A stretch of DNA of 64,000 nt, from NCBI GenBank assembly GCA_029717555.1, contig JAMDHS010000082.1:1-64000 (forward strand), given 5' to 3'. This stretch comes from Peribolospora baueri (lineage: Eukaryota). The notes beneath the pieces are model-generated. The model had not been told where the DNA came from, did not search any database, and was given only the letters and a program-made list of their open reading frames with translations. Shown one piece after another: positions 38,120 through 50,000 of this stretch; position 1 is the stretch's first letter; each line of letters starts with the position of its first letter. Both the position numbers and the translations under genes were made by a program.

Positions 38120-39541
38120 CTATCCACCTCTACCAAGGTAATAGTCCTCGACATAGTCGAGATCAGAATACAGGTACGAACATGGCTGTTCGTCAAACAA
38201 CAGCAGATCAGAGTCTGGGCTAGAGACGTAGCCTGCCTCATCGGGCTGCCCTCGGTCTTGGAGCGAGTCTTGCAGCGAGTATGCGCAAAGCGTTTCTATC
38301 CGTTCGAAAGCACTCGAAAGTGGCGGCGTCGGCGAGCGACAAGAGGGACTTGGGGAAAGGTAGGAGGACAGCGAAGGGAAGGATTCAACGTCCAGCGAGT
38401 TGAAACCATTCTCGCCTGCGCTTGTATAGTCATCGTAGGAGTCAGCAAACGCTTGCGCATCCTGCCGAGGCAGACCAGCGATGCCCTGGAGACTGTCGCC
38501 GACGCCTTTGCCGTAACTGGCGGCCGTGGCATCACGACTACTATCGCCTTTGATGGTGACCGTGCCGCTCGCGTCTTCAAAGACGTTGCTCTGAGGTGAG
38601 TTAGCATCCGCCGCCGATAGCACGGTGCCGGCGCGTTCCTCGACGACACTGTTGGGGTGCTCATGAGCCTGAGGCGCCTGCACAGCGAACTCGTTCATGA
38701 ACTCGTCCATGGACTCATCCGTAACGTCGTCATCATCCTCTTCATCACCACTGGTATCCCAAGCCTCACGGACAATGCGCTCGGCAATCCAGGACTCGGG
38801 AGCAGCGGTCTCCAACTTACGAGCCTTGGACGGAGGAGGAGTTAATTCGCTATCGCCATCGCCATCACTATCGTAGACAGGGCTGGGGGTTCTGCATTTG
38901 TGATCTTGTGGCCTGTGGCGTTTGTTCGAGATTACATTGGCCGGGATCGCCTGGAGCCGAGTTGATTCGCCATCGCCATCGCCATCGCCATCGCCGTCGC
39001 CGTCGCTGTCGCTGTCGCCGTCGCCGTCACTGTCGCTAACAGGGCTGGGAACTCTGCACTTGCGCTTCGGTAGTCTTCGGCTTTTGTTCGAGAGCACCGG
39101 GATCGCCTTGGCCCGGTTCGCCTGCGCTCTGACGACTTCGGCCCCTTCGACTGTCGGAAGAGCATTCTCGATCTCGTCTTCGGCAGGGGAGCCATCGACC
39201 TGCCTTATTCCACCCTTCGGGCGGCGACCGACGGGAGCTCGCGGGCTGCAAACGCAGGTTCCCCCTAGGCGGTCGCATCGGACGCATTTCGCTGAAACAC
39301 CCCGCCATTCACACTTAGTTTTCCGTTGACGACTGTGGCGTAAGGGAGGGACGTGTTGTGCACATGGTGGACGCATTCAGAAAGGAACTAGTCAAGGTCT
39401 TTTTCTCGATCGAGGAATGCCCCGTCTATCCAAAGGAGCCTTGTCCTGTGCTCACCAGGTATCACACGTCCCCCGCAGTGGCAATTGGATCTCTCTCCCT
39501 GTCTTCGTAATCTGGATCGGCTCGTTAACCTTGCGTGGCAT
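38120..39541 (-). CDS. Zn(II)2Cys6 zinc-cluster protein
   Basis: Splicing gives LRGTCDTCRQRKTKCEWRGVSAKCVRCDRLGGTCVCSPRAPVGRRPK (six-Cys binuclear cluster); acidic C-terminus. Confidence 0.8.
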
Positions 39542-40997
39542 TTTTGAACGCACAGGAGGACATGAACCTACGCGGTAGGTGGGCGGAAAAATGGGTGGGA
39601 ACGAGGAGATGTGCTCGGTGGTGGACGAGACGGGCGAAAGCTGTCGCTTTTTTGACGCTTTTTTGATTTGTCGACACTTCAAGCAGAGCAGCCGCGAGCA
39701 GCGAGAGAGATAAAGAGAGCTTACGATAACCAGCCGGCCGCTCGCAAACATTGGAGAGTTGTACCACCAGGCAACCGTACCGTCGGGTCGTCTTCCACGT
39801 TAGTCGGCGACGCACTCTGCGGAGATGCAACAACGGAGCGGCTCGTCCTTGTGGGAGCCCCGGGACGCCTGGGAACCCCGGGCCTGGGAACCCGGTCAGA
39901 GTGCTGCGTGTTCGAGGTTGCCCATTACCGCAAGCGCTTGTCTTCTCCTGAGGAAGGTCGAAGGCATTGCCTCCCAACCTTCTTGGCTAGGCTTGCCAAA
40001 CATACTTCGTTCCGTCGACCATCTATACGCTGAGGTTGTGCCGTTCTTGGTCGCGTACCCTTCCATCGTCCTTGCGTTAGTGTTCAGCGTGTGAAACTAC
40101 GGGGAGTCGCTTTCTCGACGGAAGCCCCGGGCGCGCAGGGCTTGACGTTCCCAACGGCTGCTTGTTCAACTCTGACACGCAGCGTACCCCAGCCGACGCC
40201 GAATCACGAGGGCGCCGTTCAGGATGAACTAAGCCCAGCTGTCCTGGCTTGTTACGTGAAACGAAGGGAGTTTCGGCGCTTGAAACGGAAACCGAGGCCT
40301 ACATTGTCACTTCACGGCTCAAAACCTGACGAGACAGATAAAGAGTTGAGAGTTGATCAGTTGGGAACGATCGTGCCCAGCCAAACCGGCGCAGCTCTCC
40401 CCCTCTCTTCGCACGATGCTGAGGAAATTGGAAATCAGCGCTCACTCCCTCCCTCTGGTGAGTTCTGGGCGAGGCCGAAGCGACAACGAACGTCTGTCGG
40501 TTCAGAGTAAACAACGGGCAAACAGACAGTTGTTAGCGGAGTTCAAGGATTGAGCCCGGAAAGACCGTTACAGCTACAAAGGCCTTACCCTTTGAAACCG
40601 CTCGTCAGATCCTCTATGTTCACGCCTCAAGCGAACGACGTGATGAAGACGACCTCCCCCGTCCGTATTTCATGATATCCTGCCTTGCCGACGAGTACTG
40701 TTTCCCATTCTTCTGAGCTCACAGAACAAAGGCCATCTCCCAACGTGTCTTAGTTCGGATCCCCAAATTAGAAGGTGGCCCAAAGGGGACGAAGGCATTT
40801 TTGCCGTCTAAAGCTCACCTCTCTTGTGAGCGGAAAACCTTGCAGAAGTTGACGGGTCGGAGCTGGGACGCCACGTGGGACCGAGCCAGGCCTCGCTTCT
40901 TGTCAGCCGTTGGACAAGGCTGACAGATGGGAAGCACCTCTGTGGGAGCCTTTCCCTCCTTTCTTGCTCTCTGCTGCACGCTTCATAGGTCCTGCGC

Positions 40998-41765
40998 GTG
41001 GTGACGCGTACTAGAATGGGCGTTGCCGTCTGGCTTGAGCGATGGTTCTGGTACAAAGCGACAGTCAACGTTTCGGCTACAGTGGAAATTTACAGAAGGC
41101 CGGTTAGCGAGGGACAAGCCTGGGCAAGGCTTTGCAAACAGTTGAGTTCACTCATTTGCGAGAGCTTCTCGAAGGATCATGGAGATGGTCCTCTACCGGT
41201 CACCTGGACGAACGCGCTCTTCATCCCTAACTACGGTCTGTGCGCACTTTTGTTCGCGCTACCTGAACCTGACCTCGACCCGACTTCTCAGTCGCGAACA
41301 ACTCACTTTGCTTCTGGCTTTGGTACTGACCAACGAATAATGTACGTCTGCCAACGTGAGCTGTGACGGACTTGGACGGGACCACCACGGGCCCCCCACG
41401 TGAGACCTCCCGCTGGACGACCGCCGCGGCATTGTGTCGTCCGGTCTCGATATAGCCAGATGCCGCCGCGTTCTCCCTGATTTAATTTTTTATTTTTTTT
41501 TCCTCTGACGCCGATCGGCCATTGTTTATTGTTTTTACCTCGCTTTCTCCCCATCTTTTCGTCAAGCCATAGCAATCAGCTTCGATCGATGTGCCCGGGC
41601 TTCAGGCGCTGTTTCAGTACCTGGTCGATAACGGTGACCGAAATCATTACTGATCGGGCGGTGCAGAGAGAGAAGCTTACGAGATACATTGTCTTCAACT
41701 CGACGGAAGCAGAACGGGTCTGTCTAAGCTTCAGACCACATATTATGAGGGTACGCATTCCCTGA
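40998..41765 (+). CDS. Possible exons of an uncharacterised protein
   Basis: Protein-like ORFs 40998-41366 and about 41572-41765 separated by GTGAGC...TAG with a T-rich tract; no recognised motif; 5' end unknown. Confidence 0.3.
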
Positions 41766-41864
41766 TTCCAATCTGAGAGTGACTGAATGAGCGAGTAAAA
41801 CATACACTGGGAGCTACGCAACCGCGATCAAAGGCCTGCGGCCATAACGAGACGGGAAATACAT

Positions 41865-44447
41865 CTAGAATCCACGATCTAGCAGAGCAAGCGCCTCCCT
41901 CACTGCGCCGTCATCGACGGTCATGAGCCTTCTGCGTTTCGCCCCGTTTTCCTGTAGTGTGCGTACCGGCACCAACGTTGGCGGGCCACCGTCCATGTTC
42001 GTAACCGTCAACAACGGCGACTGCGATGTGCGGCCCGTTGGTACCAAAGGGACGGACGACGACACCGAAGACGTCGACAAGGGTACCTCGGAGGTAGCCG
42101 GAGACTCAAGGTCCGTGTCGGCCTCGCGCTTGATGGGCACCGCAGAGCGCCTGAGATCCTCCTCGTCTCTCTCTTCAATCTCCTCCGGACCGATGCAGGT
42201 CGTCCTCCTCGCGACGACGTCGGCCAGCAAACCGAGATTCCCTCTGTATCCAGCATACACATCGAAGTTGGGGTGTTGCTTTAGCTGGCGGTACGCCTCG
42301 GGAATCGACGTCCCACCTGGCGTTTGAGAGCGGATCCGGCGGGGTGCTTCGCTTGCGTGTTCAGAACGCCGAGCGTCTGCTGCTGATGCGCATGGCGGTA
42401 TCGTCATCGGCATCAGACAGTCAGCAACTGTAACGTTCAGAGAAGAGGCGTGCTCCGGCGATGCCGGTGGTATGCTGTCGTCGTGATGTTGACGACGGAC
42501 AGACGTCACTGGGGTATTTTCGATCCTGCCCATTCGCGGCAGTTCCCCAAGGACGCTCTTAGCTCGCTCAGAATCCCCGGAAGCGGCCCCGTCGCATACG
42601 CTCCTCGACACCTTCCTGCAGAAGTCGGCAAGCGTCGGGTCGCTCCCGCAAGCTGCGCACGTAGATGGGTCGCCCGAGCAGGTCGGACCGCCAGGCGCGG
42701 AAGTTGGGGTGAAGGGAGGAGGTGGAGGTATGGAGGTGGTAGGATCAGAGCGGATTGGAGGTGTGGCTGGTGTAGCAAGTACCTGGCGGGACGAAGAGCC
42801 AGAGACTGCGTCGCAGAACTCGGCCAGAACCGGGTCGGTGGCACAAGCGGGGCATGTCTGTGGGTCGCCAGAACACATCAGAGGTGGTGAAGCTCCCAAA
42901 GACTCCGTCGCCTCTGTCGGAGGGGCGCTGACAGAAGCTGGTGCAGGTATGCCAGACCGAGTCAGAGTCTCGGAGGCCGGCACGGCCGCCCTCGTTTCCC
43001 ACAGCTTCATTCGCTGTGCAGTCAGCTCCGAAGTTTTCCGTGTGCCGTTCCTCGTCAGCCGGAGCGGCATAGCAGGGCGGAAAGGAGGAGGGTTGTCGAG
43101 AATGCTTGAGCTTGCCCTTGTAGCCCTTGCTCCTGTCGTGCGGCCTTCTGAGGGCAGTCGGTCATACTCGTCTACATCCATGCGCGCTTCTGCTCGTTCT
43201 GCAATAGCCGCTGTTGGGAGATTGGATTTCGCGTGATCCTCGCCGCGTTCGGCTATCTGCTGAGCTCGAGCAAATTCCTTGCAAACGCACGCGTCGCTTG
43301 CGCTGGAGAAGCAGAATCCGCATGGATCGATGGATGCATCGGCATCCATCTGATCCGCGGTCGGATCGGTGCCCCGGAGAGATAGAGCCAGGGCTGAGGG
43401 GCGAGAGGAACGGTTCTTGTCCTGAGCAGAATTAGACAGATGGGGGCGAGGTGTCGAGCTGATGCTAGTGCGGCGTAGAGTTGAAGTCAGGGCCGGTGCA
43501 TCCACTGCCATGGGTTCGACTGTGTTCGGTCTGGTAGGGACGGCGGTGTTGATGATAACTCCAGACCTGATTTGAACAGCTGCAGACGCCGACGTCGCGA
43601 CGGCGCGCCTGACTGTTGTTACTGACCTACCATCAGCCACCAAGTTGCGTCGAAGATGGGTGGCCTCTATTTCGACCTTGGCGCACGTGGCCTTCCACAC
43701 GTCCCTCTCTCTCCCGACGATGCTAAGACGCTCTCTCAAGGCGGTCACTTGTTTCACGAGATCTCCCTTCTCCTTCTCCCACGATTGCCTCTCAGCCACC
43801 AAATTGTCATTCTGGGCCTTGAGCTTCTGAGCGATTCGCTGGAACTCGACGGATTTGTGTAGTTCGCCAGCCTCGTATGCGGATATCTTAGCCTCGAGTT
43901 CGGAAAGGTGAGCCTGTCGTCGCTCGCGAAAGGCACGTTGGGAAGCACGGTTCTGCGATTGACGTTTCTGAAAAACGATTCGCCAGTCGTCGATACAGAC
44001 GTGAGATGCATGTTCGCCGCGACGATTGGCTACGGTAACACAGTTGTGCACTCACAGTGGGAGGCTCGTTCGTCGATGGCTTGCGCCCCGGCTTGGGACG
44101 CGCGGGTACGATCCATTCCTGTAAAAATCAGGTGCACAAAATAAAATAACAGTTGTTAGCGGGCGCACACTTGAATGCGACATGAGCGAGCCGGATGGAC
44201 AAGAATCTGCGAGCACGCTAGCAGGGGCTGTCGAATGCGTCGGCTTGGCGGGTAGGACGACTGACGATGGAAGTGACCTCTGTCCGCGAATTGCTCCCCA
44301 TTCCAAGGAGCAACCCACCTTAGAGGGTTGAGCATAAGAAGTAGAGCCGCTAGACTGGTTCGACGGCGCCGATGAGGACGAGCCTGAGGAGGACCGCACT
44401 GCGACGGGCGTGCTCTTGGCGGGTGCTGCCGCCAGTAAGGCAGCCAT
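41865..44447 (-). CDS. hapX: Iron-responsive bZIP transcription factor HapX
   Basis: Hap4-like domain SK/EWIVPARPKPGRKP; bZIP KRQSQNRASQRAFRERR; Cys-rich CGFCFSSASDACVC and two CSGDPxTCxAC; AYRQLKQHPNF; VREALALLD. Confidence 0.93.
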
Positions 44448-45333
44448 GTTCCCGTTGTCGAGGAGGATAAAAGAGAAGGCGAAGCCGAAAGGAACGAACT
44501 TAAAGACCGTCCGAGAATGACGCGCGTTGACGATGCGAGGGAGGTGGAGGTACTAGGGCGAGCCTGCCGAACGCCCTCCGAGATCTAATCAGATGTAACC
44601 CTACTTCCTCTTTTTCGCACGGCCCGGACGTGTAAGATCGCAACAGGCAACTCGGAATATGCACGAGAGTCTGAGACATTGTTGCTCTCGATGGCTCACA
44701 TGTGTACTGCTTGGTCAACGTTCGGATCGTCCTCTCCGTGGATCTGCACGCCGCTACCCTTGCGCGGCTTCCGTGCTCGTTATCTGCATACGTGCCTATC
44801 GTTCAGCGTCCCGGCTGCTTGAAGACAGCGCTTGAGCTGTGGCGAAGCGCCCAAGCTTGAGTGACACTTATTGAGGACGTTGGGAAATAACGCCAGAGTG
44901 GCGCTCCTCCAGAACAGGCACAGCGGCGTGGCTCGAGCCAGCCAGCCACCTGCTTAGCGGGCTGGCTTGGCTGAGGAAGACTAGACAATGACGTAAACAT
45001 AGTGATAACTGGATATAATTGGTAATGAGAGACGCGGCTGCCGATCGATGAGCCGCCCGATCGCCACCGGGACCCGGCGATCCGACAAAATAAGCGGGTT
45101 GCGCGAGTCGACCACCTCCCTTTCCTTTCTCCTCCACCACCATCATCCTTGTTCCTCTTCGTCTCTTCGACGTCTCGTCTCGCTTCAACTTGCTCTGTAC
45201 TACCGCTTTGTCTGTTTGCCTTTCTCCTTATATAACGTCAGCCGCCGGCTCGCCCGTAGGCTCCGTCTAGTCTAGCTAAGGCCGCACAGTCCCGTCACCC
45301 TCACGAACGAGCGAACGATTCAACGCCGCCACA

Positions 45334-46388
45334 ATGGACACGGAGCGTGCCGTTCGCAGGGGACACCCCATCTTGTATGGCATGCTCGGTAAGTCGCGCC
45401 CGTACTCCTGCTTCGACATGCTGCGCTTCGCCATGGCGAGATGGGTCCGTTGGACTGACCGTCCGACCGTCCCTTGTCACACCGCTCCCCTCCCTTTCTG
45501 TCCGGATCCAATGTCCTCAATGATGGTCTTCGCAACGACGAAAAAATAGCCTTATTTTCCCTCATCGACGGGATTATGTCCTCCGTCATCGCAGCCTTCT
45601 ACAACGAACACCATAACTACCCTTCCATCACCATTCGAGATCGCGTGAGATTCGTTGTCGTGAGTACTCGGTTTTCATCCTTTTCGTTTTTCTTCTACTC
45701 TGCACAAAGGAGGAGGACCAGGAGGCGGAGCTCTTTGATCCCTTCTATTTGCGGAGTAATGTCAACCTCTTTTAACTCGTTTTGCCTGTACTGGTTACTC
45801 CTATCAGTTCGCGTCATGGTGGACCTTCCTTTTCGCCATCCTCTACGTGAGTCTCTCTTTTAACACGCTTGCCTGTGCGCCTGGCGCGAGAGAAGGGGAG
45901 CTGATTATATCATCTTTCCGATACTGCGCTCGCTCTCGCTCGCAGTCCGTCTTCTTCCTTGGGGGTATTGGCGGAGCGTTCACTAGTATCGCTTCTCACG
46001 GCATCTGGATCTTCATCACGGTGAGTGCCGGTCTGCCGATGGCTCCGACCATCACGTTTAGGAGTCTAGCTGTGTAGTTGATTACCGTCTCGATCTTTCG
46101 CCCCCTGTTGTTCCCCCTCTTCCCCACCCGTCCCTTCGGTGATATTACCTTCTCCTTTTCCGATAGCTCGTCATCTGGGCAGCTGCAGCAGGCGCGATCA
46201 CCAACGGCCTCAAGGGTGGCCTAGGCTCATGCTCATACAACGCACCGGCTTACTGCAAGACGCTCAATGCCATCATTGCCTTCTCGTGGATCAACTTCGC
46301 CATCGTCGCCTTGCTCACCATCTTCATCATTCTCATCGGCGGTGGTGCCTTCAGGAAGGGGAACGGGCTTAAGAGGGGGCTGGTATGA
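45334..46388 (+). CDS. MARVEL-like four-TM membrane protein
   Basis: VRRGHPILYGML, ALFSLIDGIMSS, NYPSITIRDRVRF, SIASHGIWIFIT, LVIWAAAAGAI, YCKTLNAIIAFSWINF. Confidence 0.8.
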
Positions 46389-47002
46389 GGTTTAGTGGCG
46401 GCTTGCAAGACGGAGAGCGAAATGAGGGCAAACGGACACCGCCATGCGGACGGATGGGTGATTTGCTTCAGTCCATAAACCAAACACATGATCACCTGCT
46501 CCATCCGACGCGATATGCCGTCTGCCCGGCTCACTATCCATCCCAAATTGTAGCACTTCCTTCCCCCCTCTTTGTCCTCTGCCCTCACTCAGTCTTCCCG
46601 TTTCGGTCCCTCCTGAGAAAGGGTTTCTCATGTTCCTCTCCGCCTAATTGGCACATTGTAAGAATGACCGTGTCTCTCTGAGCGTCCCGTTGTACTCGTG
46701 TCGTGTCGTAATGGGATAACAATGAATAAATTGTGACGTGACGTGGGGTATGCATGTGCATAGCCACGGCTTCGGGGACCTCACATCACCGCCCACCTGG
46801 GTTGGCTGTGCAAAGCTGTGGGCGGGCGGGGTTGTTGACAACGGAAAAAGGTGTAACAAGGCTCTTGACATGAGGAACAGGTATTCCGGTCTCATGCAGA
46901 AGAATCCGTTCCCGTCGTCTACCTCAGCTCCGCCTCTACCGTACGCAGTAGGTTCCTCATGAGAAGCGAGGCGAAGGTATACTTCCGAAAGTACGACCGA
47001 CG

Positions 47003-50000
47003 TCAAAATGTGTCTATCATGGGCCTTTTCTTTCCTATTCTGCCGCGCCAAGAAGGCCAAGCCCGCGCTGGACAGCTCTTGAGTCCGCGAACGATCCAGT
47101 GTCGCGTTTCGGCTGGGTCGATGACCTGTGAGGGAGAACGCACGGAAGGAGCGAAGGAAAGCAGTCGTCAATGGCTAGCTGCAACAGAAATACACACGAC
47201 TCCGACACCGTCCTCCGGCATCATCAGAGGCTGGCATGATCGCACCTGATCGATCTCTAAGTGGCTGGCCATGTTCTCTGCTTTTCCGCGCTCGTACATC
47301 TGGCCGACGAGACTCTCGAAGAGGTCCTCTCGTTCCTGTGGATCTTGGACCGCTTCGAGCTCGCGTCGAAAGGCTAGCCGTACGGCACCTTCCAGGCCTG
47401 CCAAATAGACAAATAGACGAAGAGGACCGTGATGAGGAGACGAGGAGCGAGGAGTACAAAGAAGCGAGCGAGCCGTCCCCGGCCGGGCAGAAAGCGCAAG
47501 GTGGCCCGCGTCCCACGCGTAGAGGAACGGGTCTGTATGGTGTGCACTTACCCATCCCGCCAAAGATGCCGCCAGGCCAGCTGACGCAGTAGAAGTTGGC
47601 GTGAAATCCTCCCCCAGCCATAGCCATAGCTCCCAGACCGAAGCCTCGCCTGAGCATTACTGCGAACACCGGCACCGTGGCGCTGGCGGCGGCGACAAAC
47701 ATGCGACCGAACACGCGCACCTGGGCACTCTTCTCCGCTTCTGGGCCCACTAAGAAACCGGGAGTGTCGATGAGAGAGATAATTGGGAGGTCGTATGCGT
47801 CGGCGAGTTGAATGAAGCGAGCCGCTTTGGACGACGACGGGCTGTCGATTGCTCCAGAGAGGTGAAGAGGAGAGGAGGCCAGGAGGGCGAACGGGTGTCC
47901 CTAAGTACAGGCAGTGGCAACAGAGCGCGGATAGGAGTCAATCTCGTATTCCAAGAGCATTTTTAAATCGGATCGGGGACTACTCCAAGCTCACCTCGAT
48001 CCTGATCAGGGCGGTCAAAATAGCTAGTCCGTACGTCGGTCTCAGCTCCAAGGCGCTCCCTTCGTCAGCCAAAGCTTCGATCACCTTGCGGACGTCGAAG
48101 CTCCGATTCCGCTCCTCCGGAACGAGGTGGCGCAGCAGTCGCTGGTCCGGACAAGACCACTCCTTCACTGGTCCTTGGAAGTAGGACAGGTACTTCTTGG
48201 CCACTGCTGTCGCTTCTGCTTCGTTTGATACGAGGACATCGATCACCCCGTTGGGTTCTTGTATTGAAGGAGGGCCAATCTGGTCGGGCTAGCGGGGATA
48301 AGGAGCAAAGGGGTGAGTTCACGGCGCCAGCAGGCGCGTGTCTGCGACCCAAATTTCTCTCGAGGCCCCGTTGGGCTCTTCCTTGCAGCCGGTGCACGCC
48401 TCACCTTAAATCGACCCAGCCCGCCACCCTCAATCATCGCCGGTCCACCCATCCCGATCCTGCTGTCCTTCGTTGCAATTATCACATCACAACAGCCAAG
48501 CAAGGCAGCGTTTCCGGCAAAGCAGTATCCTGAGACGACACCGACGAGAGGCACGAGTCCTGACAACTTGGCGAAGAGATGGAAGGTCGGCCCGTGCAGG
48601 CCGCCGATGCTGATCTGTCCATACGGTGTGGGAGTATGAGACGTTCGTTTTAGCTGGAAATCATTACAGCAGGACTTTCACAGACAAAGGACGCACATTG
48701 TTCGTGTCCACATCTCCTGGTCGGCCGCCACCTCCTTCGGCGTACAGCACCACGGGGATGATGTACTGCTCCGCAAGACGCAGTATCCGGTCCTGTTTCG
48801 CATGGTTGAAGAAGCCCTGCGTGCCGGCCAGGACGGTGAAGTCATCTGAATGGACGAAATCCGTCCGTAAATGACCATCCGAGTAATGGGCGGGTACAAG
48901 TTGGGAAGTGTACACTCACATACCAATAGCGCCACCCGTGACGCATCGTCGTCGAACAAAGAACGATTGACGCTGCCTAATCCGGTGATGATCCCGTCGC
49001 GGGCGGTTTGCCCCAGCAGTTCGTCAACGGATCGTCTGCTCCGCTGAGCGGCGAGGGCTACGATGGGACAAGATCAAAAGGACCATATGAGCAGCTTGAC
49101 AGTCACTCAGCCTGCCTGGCGAGCGAATGACCACCAGGGCGACTTCGGCGACTTCTTTATACCAAAATGCTTACCCATCTCCCCATACTCGACAAAGCTC
49201 CCTTTATCCACGAGGTCTCTGACGTTCTCCAGAGCCGTGCGCCGTCCCGTTCGTCTTCGACTCTCAACTGCCTTCCGACGACTTTCGTCAGAATTGAGCT
49301 GTCTGCGATGAAAGAGGTCTTGCAAATCCTTGCGGATGTGGTCTATGTCAACGTCGCCGATCGTCACGGGGGCCTGTGCTTCTGGAGAGTCGGAAGGGCG
49401 GAGGGTACTGCCGGCAATACAAGAGCGTGATCAGTTCAGAACGTCTCGAAGGGCACGGGTGCCATTCAACAGGAAGAGCTCACATGAAATACTTCTCCGC
49501 TTGCAGGATGTCGCCGGTAGAGGCGGTGATCTTGACAACCTGGCCACCTCTAGGTGAGCGAATGACGTGCTCCATCTTCAGCGCTTCCAGGACGGCAAGC
49601 TGCTGTTCAGGCCTGACCACATCACCCGGCTTGACGTCGATGGAACTGCGAAATTACCTCAAAGCTGATCAGCAGCGCTTTCCTCGGCGGACCCTACGGG
49701 GGGCGATGATGGCTTGCCCTTCTCCAACTCACACAATCGTCCCTGCCATGGGCGCTCTGATGCCGACGTGTCCATCAGGAAGCGGCTGGTCTTCGTTCGT
49801 AGGGATACGCGTTCGCTGAGATCGCTCGCCAACATCGCCCCAGAAACTCGCCGTCCTTAACTGAACCTGTTCAGCCTCTCCTCGACCAGCTTCGACAACC
49901 TCGTGCCAGTTCTCCTCTACCCAAGTCGTCCACACTTTGGACTCCCTCACCGCCTTCAAGCTCAAAATCCCTAGCAACGCGTCCTTGTTCGTCTGAATCC

